NCBI RefSeq assembly: GCF_001194135.2
Contig: NC_068993.1
Location: 51,352,210-51,416,209, forward strand
Length of the DNA: 64,000 bases
Direction of reading: 5' to 3'
Source: Octopus bimaculoides
Lineage: Eukaryota
In this document: piece after piece, positions 52,575-64,000 of the stretch
Layout of the letters: every line of letters begins with the position of its first letter
Numbering within the stretch: position 1 is the stretch's first letter
Position numbers and translations under genes: made by a program
The notes under the pieces: generated by a model
What the model was told of the DNA's origin: nothing
Database searches by the model: none
The model's input: only the letters and a program-made list of their open reading frames with translations

Positions 52575-52850
52575 CTCGTGAAGTTAAAGTCCAAGAGGCA
52601 GAGTACTTGCCAGACACGCATACCCTTAATGTAGCTCTCACGGAGATTCAGTGTACCACAGGAAGTGACAAGGCTAAGCTCTATGAACGACAGGTATCAA
52701 CTCACTTTTTGCCAGTTGGGTGGACTGAAGCAACGTGTAAGAATAACAAAAAGAAATAACAGAAAGTGTCTTGCTCAAGGACACAAAGTACCGCCAGATA
52801 TCGAACCCATGATCTTGAACCGAATACTCCTAACCACGAAGCCACGCGCC
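52575..52850 (-). mobile_element. SINE family D copy
   Basis: CTCGTGAAGTTAA...CCCTTAATGTAG...GGAGATTCAG...GGTGGACTGAAGCAACGTG...GTGTCTTGCTCAAGGACACAA. Confidence 0.8.
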
Positions 52851-53049
52851 TACACGAGGAGAAGAAGAAGAAGAAGACGACGGCAACGACGATGACGACG
52901 ACGACGTCGGTTCTTCATTGTTATTTACCATTTAACGGTTAAATATGCAGCGTGGTTGGCTAATTATTCTACAATTAGCTCAAACGGATATCTTGTCTTG
53001 ACCAAACCGAAGACGATATCATTTCTTTAATATTATTTAATATACACGG

Positions 53050-55865
53050 TTTATAATGTCTGGTTGTTGTTGTTGCTGCTGTTGTTGCTGTTGTTATTGT
53101 TGTTACTGCTGCTGCTGCTAGTGTTGTTGTAGTTGTTGTTCATTTCGGATATTAGATTTGGTCTTCTATGTTCAAAGTGTATATTAACTATATTAACCTC
53201 ATATATCAATCAGTAGGAAGCCCGTTAAGAAATGAGTTTCAGTTTGGTGACGAAGGCGGGGTTGGTGGTGCTGTTGTGGTTAGTGGTGGTGGTGGTGGTG
53301 GTGGTGGTGGTGTGAGAGGCGGGGCTGCGAGTTATCCTTTGTATATCTTCATTTCCACAGTCCAACGTCCAATGAAAGCTTCAGTATATTATTAAATCAA
53401 CAAGTTTCGACCGGTACCATTATAACTAAATAGACTCATACNNNNNNNNNNNNNNNNNNNNNNNNNNNNNNNNNNNNNNNNNNNNNNNNNNNNNNNNNNN
53501 NNNNNNNNNNNNNNNNNNNNNNNNNNNNNNNNNNNNNNNNNNNNNNNNNNNNNNNNNNNNNNNNNNNNNNNNNNNNNNNNNNNNNNNNNNNNNNNNNNNN
53601 NNNNNNNNNNNNNNNNNNNNNNNNNNNNNNNNNNNNNNNNNNNNNNNNNNNNNNNNNNNNNNNNNNNNNNNNNNNNNNNNNNNNNNNNNNNNNNNNNNNN
53701 NNNNNNNNNNNNNNNNNNNNNNNNNNNNNNNNNNNNNNNNNNNNNNNNNNNNNNNNNNNNNNNNNNNNNNNNNNNNNNNNNNNNNNNNNNNNNNNNNNNN
53801 NNNNNNNNNNNNNNNNNNNNNNNNNNNNNNNNNNNNNNNNNNNNNNNNNNNNNNNNNNNNNNNNNNNNNNNNNNNNNNNNNNNNNNNNNNNNNNNNNNNN
53901 NNNNNNNNNNNNNNNNNNNNNNNNNNNNNNNNNNNNNNNNNNNNNNNNNNNNNNNNNNNNNNNNNNNNNNNNNNNNNNNNNNNNNNNNNNNNNNNNNNNN
54001 NNNNNNNNNNNNNNNNNNNNNNNNNNNNNNNNNNNNNNNNNNNNTGATGGTGGCGGTAGTGGTGGTGCTGGTGCTGGTGCTTGTGGTGAATGTAGTGATA
54101 TTGTTCTTATTGGTGGTGGGTGGTGGTAATGGTGGTGGTGATGGCAGTGGCGGTTGTGGTACTGGTGTTGGCGATGGTGGTGGTACTTGCGGTGCGATAT
54201 TTAGCCTCAGGGCAGTTCTGAACAAGTTCACCTACGAGTATGTTTAGAATATATTCAAGCCGTGGCCATCACGTCACTAAAGTGACGGGGGTACAAAATG
54301 GTACCGACATTGCTAGAAATAAGAGTCAAAACGACTCATTAGCCACCAGAGCGCTATCTTAATTACAAAAGAACTACTAGTGGTTTCATGCTTTTACGAT
54401 ACTTTAAAGAAGTAAATTTGTTAACAAGCCATGTATCTCCAAGCAATCTATCAGACTCTATTTATGAGTTAAACGTATTTTAAAATCAGGACGCTGGATA
54501 GTGAGAAAATAAGAAAAGAAAACAAGTATAAAAACTCGAAGAAGGTTGATGCAAAAAACGGAACGAGAAGGAAGGAATGAAGGCCTGAAAACGAAGCTCA
54601 CTGATTGCAGAAACCACAATTAATGCAGGAAGTATATAACAAAACATGCGATTCATCAACTCAACATGGATCGGGTAGTATCCTCCAGTTCCACAGCAGA
54701 AACCTATCAATGTGTTTTCAGCTGCTAAAAATTTCAGATCTGGAATTATGTAGTGTGGAGGAATTCTTGGATCTGAGAAGAATATGACGTTTTTCTGCTG
54801 CGTATGAGTTGGAGTTCTTAGATGCATTAGCTGTGCTTACGTCCCAGTAAATTAGCGGTTCGGCAAAAGAAAAATATTGAATAAACACCAACCTTAAAAA
54901 AAAATATATATATATGTATATCATATATAAATATGTATAGAGAGAGAGAGCAACGTGAAATGAAGTGTTTTGTTCAAGAACACAACTCGTCGCCCAGGAA
55001 TCGAAACCACAATCTTATGATCATGTGTCCAGCACTATAACCACTAAGCCACGCGCCTCCACATTGCAATACTGGACAGTACTGTGACTAAAGAACAACA
55101 ACCACAACAGCAAAAACAACAACGGCAACAACAATAACAACAAGAAAGATGATGATAATGATGAAGATGATAATGATGATGAGAAGAAGACGATGGAAGA
55201 TGATGAGAAGGCGAAGAAGATGAAGAAACGATGAAAAATAGAAAAAAGTAAAGTTACACTAATGAAGTATGAGAGAAAGCGATGTGGTCGAAAAATAGTG
55301 TAGGTGGTAGCGGAGGATGTAGTGTTGTTTTAGCTGTTGTTATTGGAGGGGGGTGATGGGGGTGATGGTGATGGTGGTGGTGGTGGTGGTGGNNNNNNNN
55401 NNNNNNNNNNNNNNNNNNNNNNNNNNNNNNNNNNNNNNNNNNNNNNNNNNNNNNNNNNNNNNNNNNNGGGGGGGGGAGTCGAGGAGGGGGAGATGTGTGT
55501 GGTGAAGCACAACGTATTAAAGTCTGTATTGATGGGTTTACTCAGTAAACATGGTAATAATTAATTGCGGTGACGTTGTTGTTGTTCTTGCAGGTGGTGG
55601 TGGTGGGAATAGCAGTGGTAGTGGGGATAATGGTTGTGGTGGGGATAATGGAGGTCGTGGGAATCATGTTGTGGTGGTGGTGGTGAGACTGTTGTAGTTG
55701 TTCTTGTTCTTGTCGCTGCTCTTGTTGGTAGTGCGGATGATGATGGCCGTGCTGAGGGTGAGGCTGTTCATGTTGTTGATGTTGTTGTTGTTGACGTTAT
55801 TGTTGTTGTTGGCAGTGGTGATGATGATGGCCGTGCTGGTGGTGAGATCGTTGATGCTGTTCTTG

Positions 55866-55897
<32 letters not shown>

Positions 55898-55990
55898 GGT
55901 AGCGATGATGATTGTAGTCGTGGTGTGGCGATGGTTGTGGTGGCGGTAATGTTGTTGGTGGTGGTTATTGTAGTGGTGATGGTGATGGNN
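53050..55990. repeat. Interrupted (GGT/GTT/GAT)n low-complexity region
   Basis: Direct reading of trinucleotide tracts around gaps; a SINE head fragment lies at about 54950-55060. Confidence 0.75.
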
Positions 55991-56579
55991 NNNNNNNNAT
56001 TTTGAAGTCCATCCTTAAAGGGTTGTTGTGTACCACAAGGAACAAGGTAGGATTTTAGCTGTGTATATGTATGCGGCGCCTCTGTGTACAGTCCATGTCT
56101 TTATGCATGTATGTATGTGATCGTGTGTGTATGTGTGTGCAAGAGTGTATGATCGCATGTGTGCATAAGTATGCCTGTGTGTATGTATGCGGTTTTAGTG
56201 AGAAGAGTACATGACGTCATGTTTAAATCTGTGAGAGTGTATGTGTGTGAGAGATTGCGCGTGTAAACATGCGTGTACTTGTATGTGTGTGCGTGTGTAT
56301 ATATCAATACGTTTAGGTGTGTCTCACTATGTGTGCATAAGTGTCTGCGTGATTGTGTGCTAAAAGATGCAAACACACTTCCATAAATATTTGTTTACGT
56401 ATCCACACGTCTATATTTGTGCAGGTGCACGTTTATGTAGTGTGTGTATGTGCGCACGCGTGTCTGTGTATCTATGTGCATGGGTGGGTGTACACGTGTG
56501 TATGGAATGCACGTGAGTATACATTTGTCTGTTGATAAACTATGTAACTATAATTTCGTACATGCGTGTTTTGTACGTT

Positions 56580-56633
56580 TATATTTTCGTACATGAGTTA
56601 TATTTTCGTACATGAGTTATATTTTCGTACATG
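56580..56633 (+). repeat. 19-bp tandem repeat, about 3 copies
   Basis: TATATTTTCGTACATGAGT unit. Confidence 0.9.
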
Positions 56634-57793
56634 TGTATGTTCATGGAATCTAGGACATCCGCCCACCATGGACAATAAACCTTACCCCCAGGAACAATCA
56701 CCCCTAAGGAAAACAGACGATGATTTAAATCTTTTTAATATATTTGAGAGGGGGTAATTAACCAGGTGGAATAATTGTCCTAGAGGGTAGTTGTCGTCGG
56801 AGGGAGCAGCCAACAGTTCTTTATGTTGTTTGTTTTGTTTTCCATTAGTGTTTTTCGTTGTTCGAAAGAAGAGTTCATGTTTCGTGTACTCGTGCTTCGT
56901 ACTCTTTTGTTATACACATTTCACGACGTCCTGTGCTCACATATGCATATATGTATACATATAGATGTAAGTAGGTACATATACGTATGTATATATGCAT
57001 ATATATANNNNNNNNNNNNNNNNNNNNNNNNNNNNNNNNNNNNNNNNNNNNNNNNNNNNNNNNNNNNNNNNNNNNNNNNNNNNNNNNNNNNNNNNNNNNN
57101 NNNNNNNNNNNNNNNNNNNNNNNNNNNNNNNNNNNNNNNNNNNNNNNNNNNNNNNNNNNNNNNNNNNNNNNNNNNNNNNNNNNNNNNNNNNNNNNNNNNN
57201 NNNNNNNNNNNNNNNNNNNNNNNNNNNNNNNNNNNNNNNNNNNNNNNNNNNNNNNNNNNNNNNNNNNNNNNNNNNNNNNNNNNNNNNNNNNNNNNNNNNN
57301 NNNNNNNNNNNNNNNNNNNNNNNNNNNNNNNNNNNNNNNNNNNNNNNNNNNNNNNNNNNNNNNNNNNNNNNNNNNNNNNNNNNNNNNNNNNNNNNNNNNN
57401 NNNNNNNNNNNNNNNNNNNNNNNNNNNNNNNNNNNNNNNNNNNNNNNNNNNNNNNNNNNNNNNNNNNNNNNNNNNNNNNNNNNNNNNNNNNNNNNNNNNN
57501 NNNNNNNNNNNNNNNNNNNNNNNNNNNNNNNNNNNNNNNNNNNNNNNNNNNNNNNNNNNNNNNNNNNNNNNNNNNNNNNNNNNNNNNNNNNNNNNNNNNN
57601 NNNNNNNNNNNNNNNNNNNNNNNNNNNNNNNNNNNNNNNNNNNNNNNNNNNNNNNNNNNNNNNNNNNNNNNNNNNNNNNNNNNNNNNNNNNNNNNNNNNN
57701 NNNNNNNNNNNNNNNNNNNNATGTATATGCATGTGCGAGCATGATGCTTCTGCAAGAAAGTAACTGACACACCCACCTACACACACATATACT

Positions 57794-57832
<39 letters not shown>

Positions 57833-59174
57833 GTCGAAAGAAAAATAATGTGAGAAAAATCAACCTAGTTTGCAATTATGTCTTCAATTGTATATTTTTG
57901 TGCGTGTGTGTGTGTGTATAGCCGGGTATTTCCATGTGCGTATCAATATCTTTATGTCTTGTATATGTGTGCTTGTATACACAGTGTGTATTTTGTGAAT
58001 GTGTGAGTATCTGTACGTGTTCCGTGTATATATGTGTGAGTGCGTGTGTGTGTGTGTATGTGTGTGCCAGTGTGTATAATTATAGACACATGCATGGGAT
58101 TTTCACTATTATCGTATAGTATATTTATGTGTTAGCGAAATTGCAGCGGATTGCAATCGTATGTATATGTGTTGTATACGCAGTCATGAGGAAATGGTTA
58201 AGAAGTGAGATTAGGAATCGTAATGACACAGGTTCGATCTCAATGCGTATCACCAAGTTTCAGTGTCTTGTACTGTTGGTTTTTTTATTAGTAGATGCCT
58301 TACATTTACACTATCGAAGCATGTTAAAAAGACTGCAGTTATAAGTCCAAAACCAAGCAGGGAACGTATTTGATAACCTCTCCGAAACGTACGGAGTCCA
58401 CGGCCTGGTTAGGGGATACTGCGAGCTGGTTTACTGTATTTACACTTATTTGTCGAAACCGAGACGTTTTCTTCATAACAGAAAATGCACTGAATAGCAG
58501 TCATGCGGTTTCCTGTACGTCTCTAACATGTTCGAACTGCTAACAAGTTTACATATATATATATAGATNNNNNNNNNNNNNNNNNNNNNNNNNNNNNNNN
58601 NNNNNNNNNNNNNNNNNNNNNNNNNNNNNNNNNNNNNNNNNNNNNNNNNNNNNNNNNNNNNNNNNNNNNNNNNNNNNNNNNNNNNNNNNNNNNNNNNNNN
58701 NNNNNNNNNNNNNNNNNNNNNNNNNNNNNNNNNNNNNNNNNNNNNNNNNNNNNNNNNNNNNNNNNNNNNNNNNNNNNNNNNNNNNNNNNNNNNNNNNNNN
58801 NNNNNNNNNNNNNNNNNNNNNNNNNNNNNNNNNNNNNNNNNNNNNNNNNNNNNNNNNNNNNNNNNNNNNNNNNNNNNNNNNNNNNNNNNNNNNNNNNNNN
58901 NNNNNNNNNNNNNNNNNNNNNNNNNNNNNNNNNNNNNNNNNNNNNNNNNNNNNNNNNNNNNNNNNNNNNNNNNNNNNNNNNNNNNNNNNNNNNNNNNNNN
59001 NNNNNNNNNNNNNNNNNNNNNNNNNNNNNNNNNNNNNNNNNNNNNNNNNNNNNNNNNNNNNNNNNNNNNNNNNNNNNNNNNNNNNNNNNNNNNNNNNNNN
59101 NNNNNNNNNNNNNNNNNNNNNNNNNNNNNNNNNNNNNNNNNNNNNNNNNNNNNNNNNNNNNNNNNNNNNNNNNN

Positions 59175-59206
<32 letters not shown>

Positions 59207-61061
59207 GCACATACATATACATATATGTAGATAGATAGATAGATACGGTGATACGGTGTGTATAGAAACATGGAACTGCTGCAGGCGTAATGTTTCGTCA
59301 GCGAAAAAATCCTCAGATATTTGTATCCAAAACATAGGTCTCAGCTTTGGAAGCCGGTAGACCACCAAGCACCAAATATCGACTCAATTAGATGTCTTCA
59401 AGAACAAATATCCCGGAAGTTCAAATTTCTGCTAATAAATAGTTTTTATTTCTGTAATGAAATAAAAGCCAGTCAATAACGTTCATTTATTTAAAACGAA
59501 AATGTCAACCGTATCTCTTAGAGTGATCTTCCATTGTATAAGGTGTTTTAACACAGTTAAACACCAATCATTCATATTTCTGTCAAAACTAATTTTTTCA
59601 ACGATAGCATTAAAAATTCTTCTACTGCCGTTCTCCTCTTCCCTCTAAATATTGCACATAATATATTACACTTAATCCTTTTATACTGGCTTCACATTCC
59701 ACTGCGTTTTCATCAACATTTCCATCAGTCCGCGCCTGTATTTAGTTTAACATTCTTTTTTTTTTTTTTTTCAAAAAGACTATTATGACTCAGATATTAC
59801 TATCCTTAAAAATTTCATTTTACATACAGAACTTACACAGTGAATGTTATTTATATATATATNNNNNNNNNNNNNNNNNNNNNNNNNNNNNNNNNNNNNN
59901 NNNNNNNNNNNNNNNNNNNNNNNNNNNNNNNNNNNNNNNNNNNNNNNNNNNNNNNNNNNNNNNNNNNNNNNNNNNNNNNNNNNNNNNNNNNNNNNNNNNN
60001 NNNNNNNNNNNNNNNNNNNNNNNNNNNNNNNNNNNNNNNNNNNNNNNNNNNNNNNNNNNNNNNNNNNNNNNNNNNNNNNNNNNNNNNNNNNNNNNNNNNN
60101 NNNNNNNNNNNNNNNNNNNNNNNNNNNNNNNNNNNNNNNNNNNNNNNNNNNNNNNNNNNNNNNNNNNNNNNNNNNNNNNNNNNNNNNNNNNNNNNNNNNN
60201 NNNNNNNNNNNNNNNNNNNNNNNNNNNNNNNNNNNNNNNNNNNNNNNNNNNNNNNNNNNNNNNNNNNNNNNNNNNNNNNNNNNNNNNNNNNNNNNNNNNN
60301 NNNNNNNNNNNNNNNNNNNNNNNNNNNNNNNNNNNNNNNNNNNNNNNNNNNNNNNNNNNNNNNNNNNNNNNNNNNNNNNNNNNNNNNNNNNNNNNNNNNN
60401 NNNNNGAATAAAAATGGAAAAAAAAAAAGGAAATACGTCAGTTGAAAAAGAAGAAAAAGTTCAAAAAATCAAAACTAAATCATACACACTTAGCATGCTT
60501 AAATATCTCAAAGAAAACATTGTTATATTTAAAATGTGAATAAAACCTCATTTTTTGTATACACGTGTAAATGCCATTATATAGATTGTGTTGTCATTGT
60601 GTACAAGTCTTGTATTGTCAGGAAATAAGCGACTTAAGATATTTAATCTTAAATTGCTTAAACTACTATTTATAGTGTTCAAATTAAATGTTACATTTTT
60701 CCCTGTTACTATTTTTCTTTTTTCTTCTTAAACAACATTGTAAACTGTGTGTTGTGACTTATTTTTCCTTTGACAGTATTTCCGTTCAACCCGATTCTGT
60801 ATACATACATCAATATTTTCATATTCTGCATTGACGTTAGCATCTTTATATAACTTAGTTCCATAATTGTAAAAACCTCGTGTTGGATCTGTTGAGTTTC
60901 CTTTAAGCTTAATTTAGTTACTTCCCTTGCTTTCGCATCGTATCCTGCCATTCTATTACGAGCCGTATTTATAATATTTTTCGCTGTTATATTTATGAAT
61001 TACTATAATAATAATAATGATGATGATGAGGATGATGATAATGATGATATTAATAATAAAA

Positions 61062-61290
61062 ATAAAAGGGGCTGATTGCTACCTAGCCCAGATACCAGGA
61101 AACCCCAAAATGGCAGAAATTCAAATGATAGTGGTCATGGGAACTGCCCATATCCTACGCAAAATACTTTCTATCTAATCTCAAATTTTTAAACAAAGAA
61201 TTTTCTTATGGTTTCTTAAACATTCCCTAGAACAACACTATGTACAAAACCAAATATATGGCACCCTAGGCATATCCACTCACACTTGGA
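61062..61290 (+). mobile_element. R4/Dong-clade LINE 3' end (second subfamily)
   Basis: 61062-61178 reads IKGADCYLAQIPGNPKMAEIQMIVVMGTAHILRKILSI*; directly preceded by TAA/TGA repeats. Confidence 0.82.
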
Positions 61291-61595
61291 ACATCCATTG
61301 CAGGAATTCTGAATTACTGGAGTGGTGAAAATTGCAAAGGAGCTTATAATTTTATATTCGGATTTATTTTAATATATATATGCGCTGTATATCATAACTA
61401 GTAACACTAAAAAGCATGGTGGCAGACTAACTACTATACTAGAAGTAGATTGGATGGTAATGAACTACGTGGAGCTCTAAATCATAGAGTAGAAGTCAAA
61501 CATCTAAGTGTACACACAAGATACATATGCCATTATGTTGAACCGTTAATCCCTACATATTTTCATTATCTCTCCGTTCTTTTTTACTTTTTAAT

Positions 61596-61700
61596 TCTTT
61601 CTGTCGAGGAGCGTAGTCTCCAAACGTCAAAGACTTTTCCATTCTTCCCGAATATAAAACTAATACACCTTCTTGTTGTTCCTTAACCTGCCTTCGTCTT
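61596..61700 (+). mobile_element. Penelope-like terminal repeat copy
   Basis: TCTTTCTGTCGAGGAGCGTAGTCTCCAAACGTCAAAGACTTTTCC...TTCCCGAA...ACTAATACA...CCTGCCTTCGTC aligns to the copies at 4894 and 41905. Confidence 0.6.
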
Positions 61701-62409
61701 TTGTTTACTCTAAATTTGAACTATATACATACATACATGCATACATGCATACATGCATACATATATCCATACGTATGTATACATACATACATACATACAT
61801 ACATGCATACATACATATACATATATATATATATTACATTTATATTGTAATTTATTCGATTATTTTATGTTATAATATTGAACATATTTTATGGATATCG
61901 ATCTATGCTTATCTTTTACCTTATACATTATTCGAGGACTTTAGTTATGAGATATAGTTTCACTAGTTTTTATTAGGTTGTTTTTTGACCAGAGTACATG
62001 ATTGTGATGTGATATAGATTGGTAAACAACGTGTCTACTGGTCAATGTCCACTGTGTAGTCTATGTATCATATTTTAAGTTCTTTCGTTTGCTGTTCCTT
62101 GGCTTGCTGCTATCATGTCGGGTATCGGAAATTGTGTTGCTTTTTTTATACCCTTTTTAGTTTAGTTTTCCATTTGTATTATAAATTTTAAGATAACCTT
62201 GTCTTTTATCGGAATAAGTTCTTTGTCGTATTGGTACTGCTATGTAACTATAATTTTATATTGTGTTCTTTGATGTTGTTACTTATAGTAACAAGAACGC
62301 GTTGAACATACCATGCTAATGTCTCGTCTCAGGCAGCGTTTATGTTTTTAAGGTTGCTGACACCACCGGATAAAATGGATGGATGGATGGATGGATGGAT
62401 GGATTAATG

Positions 62410-62457
<48 letters not shown>

Positions 62458-62721
62458 AGCTGTTGAAACCATAGTGATACCCGTTTGGCAACGGATGATG
62501 GGAATACATAAATGTCATGCTTGTTTGTAAATTTTAATATCGTAATATTCTTATTCTGAGTTGTCCTTCATTCTGGTATAGTGAAAAGCGTTTGTCGATT
62601 CAAGGTTTGTGAAGACTACTTTTAATGATCTTGGTTGTTTTTCTTCAAAGATAATCTTATTAATGTTAGTTAACGCTAAGATATTCGTGTCTAGATTTGA
62701 GGAGATTCTGTGGTACACATA

Positions 62722-64000
62722 CAGGGTGGGCCATAATTATGGGACACATTTTAAGTTCTAGTATCTTGGATTATATAAATGGCACAATGTACCAAATATA
62801 TTTATTACATAAATGATATACAGGAGTTCAATACATTATCTAAGATTTTATATTTTTTACAGGTAATTGGTGTTGGTGACCCTCATAATGTCGTGAATTC
62901 TAAAAGAAAATTTACATACGTGGTCGAAGCATACTTCACCAGCCAAAGATCCATCGTTGCAACCCAAAGAAAATTTCGACAGTATCTTAGAAAGTGACAC
63001 ACATCATCCCGAAAGTTGATCTTGCGTGCTGTTACAAACTTCCTTGGGACAGGCGATACCGAGAAGAAAAAAACCCGAGGTCGACATCGAGCGTCTGGTA
63101 GTGCAGGGGACTGCCAAAGTGTGGGGAACGCTATTGTACATAGTCCCTTGAAATTCACTCGTCGATTGGCTCAACAATTGAATATTTCTTGAACCTGTGT
63201 CAGAATGATTTTAAAACAAGACCTACACTTGTATCCATGTAAGGTACAGCTTGTGCAGCAACTGCTTCCACCAGATAAGGTGCAGCGAAAGATTTTTAGT
63301 GTTTGTTTTGTCAACATGGTCATCGCTTGATCACATCAGATGAAGTTCATTTTAACCTTTCTGGTTATGTTAATAAACAAACTTGTAGGTCTTGGGGTTG
63401 TGAAAGTCCTCAAGTCGGGCATGAAAGGCTTTTACACAGTGATAGGGTTACAGTGTGGTGTGCAGTGACATTTGCATGTGAGATTTATTCTTAATATTTG
63501 AGGACGACATGGTGCAGTTGTAACAGCAACGGTAACGCCAACTGTAACGGTAACCACATGCTGAAGACCTTTTTTTTCCGAGTAACAAAGCTTGCCCTGA
63601 CACAGATGAGAACGCCACAAGGTGGTGCCACTAGTCATACAGCGCAACTCTCAATGACAACGCTTCGAGAAAAATTCCCTGGACATCTCATTTCGTGATT
63701 TGGTGATATCCGTTGGTCTTCCAGATTACCGGATCTAACCCCAGTGGACTATTTTCTGTGGAGTTACCTCAAAGATAGGGTACACGCAAGAATATCCAAG
63801 AGGAACTAAAACAAAACATCCGTAGAGCGATTTCAACCATTCCGGTCGATATGCTACGCCGCTGTGTGCTTGATATGAGAAAGCCAGCTCGTGAATGTAC
63901 TTTTCCTGGTGGTGACCATCTCCAGGATGTAATATCAAAATCCCAGATATTATATCGAACTCCTGTATATCAGTTATATAATAAATATACTTGGTATTCT
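62722..64000 (+). mobile_element. Tc1/mariner DD41D (rosa-type) transposon relic with long TIRs
   Basis: TA|CAGGGTG start. Motifs VEAYFTSQRSIVATQRKFR, YPCKVQLVQQL, SDEVHFNLSGYVNKQ, VTVWCAV, and QG(=D)GATSHTA...WSSRLPDLTPVDYFLWSYLK with 41 residues between the 2nd and 3rd catalytic positions. 62790-62854 is the inverted match of 63931-63996. Confidence 0.9.

Noticed and set aside
54486-54827. 113-aa minus ORF with a hydrophobic stretch
   Set aside because: No splice support or recognisable family; this length is possible by chance.
58384-58391. GAAACGTA resembling a hammerhead 3' half
   Set aside because: No upstream CUGNNGA core or stem I partner in this copy.
60709-60951. 80-aa minus ORF and an overlapping open frame with YENI
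   Set aside because: No recognisable domain or consistent splice sites.

Overview
AT-rich eukaryotic DNA dense in microsatellites and retroposons. It has 23 N-gaps (about 9 kb, about 14%), most flanked by simple repeats, which fits a short-read assembly. The repeat families look like coleoid cephalopod, probably Octopus; this is an inference from recognised SINE-like families. No host protein-coding gene is confidently supported, so the window is probably intronic or intergenic, and almost all listed ORFs are microsatellite or N-gap artefacts. Supported content: (1) a D34D mariner transposase pseudogene with its 3' TIR (11.6-12.5 kb); (2) a decayed DD41D rosa-type Tc1/mariner element with long (at least 133 bp) TIRs (62.7 kb to the window end); (3) a hAT transposase relic (49.1-50.0 kb); (4) three R4/Dong-type LINE fragments, all at TAA-type repeats; (5) an RTE-like LINE 3' end; (6) several MITEs; (7) many SINE copies, labelled A-D here (my labels). 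Most interesting: a three-copy Penelope-like terminal repeat carrying a minimal hammerhead-ribozyme-like motif with non-canonical U6; the long-TIR DD41D element; a (TTAGGG)n insertion flanked by a 12-bp duplication; and an isolated candidate exon with a Cys-loop-like motif.
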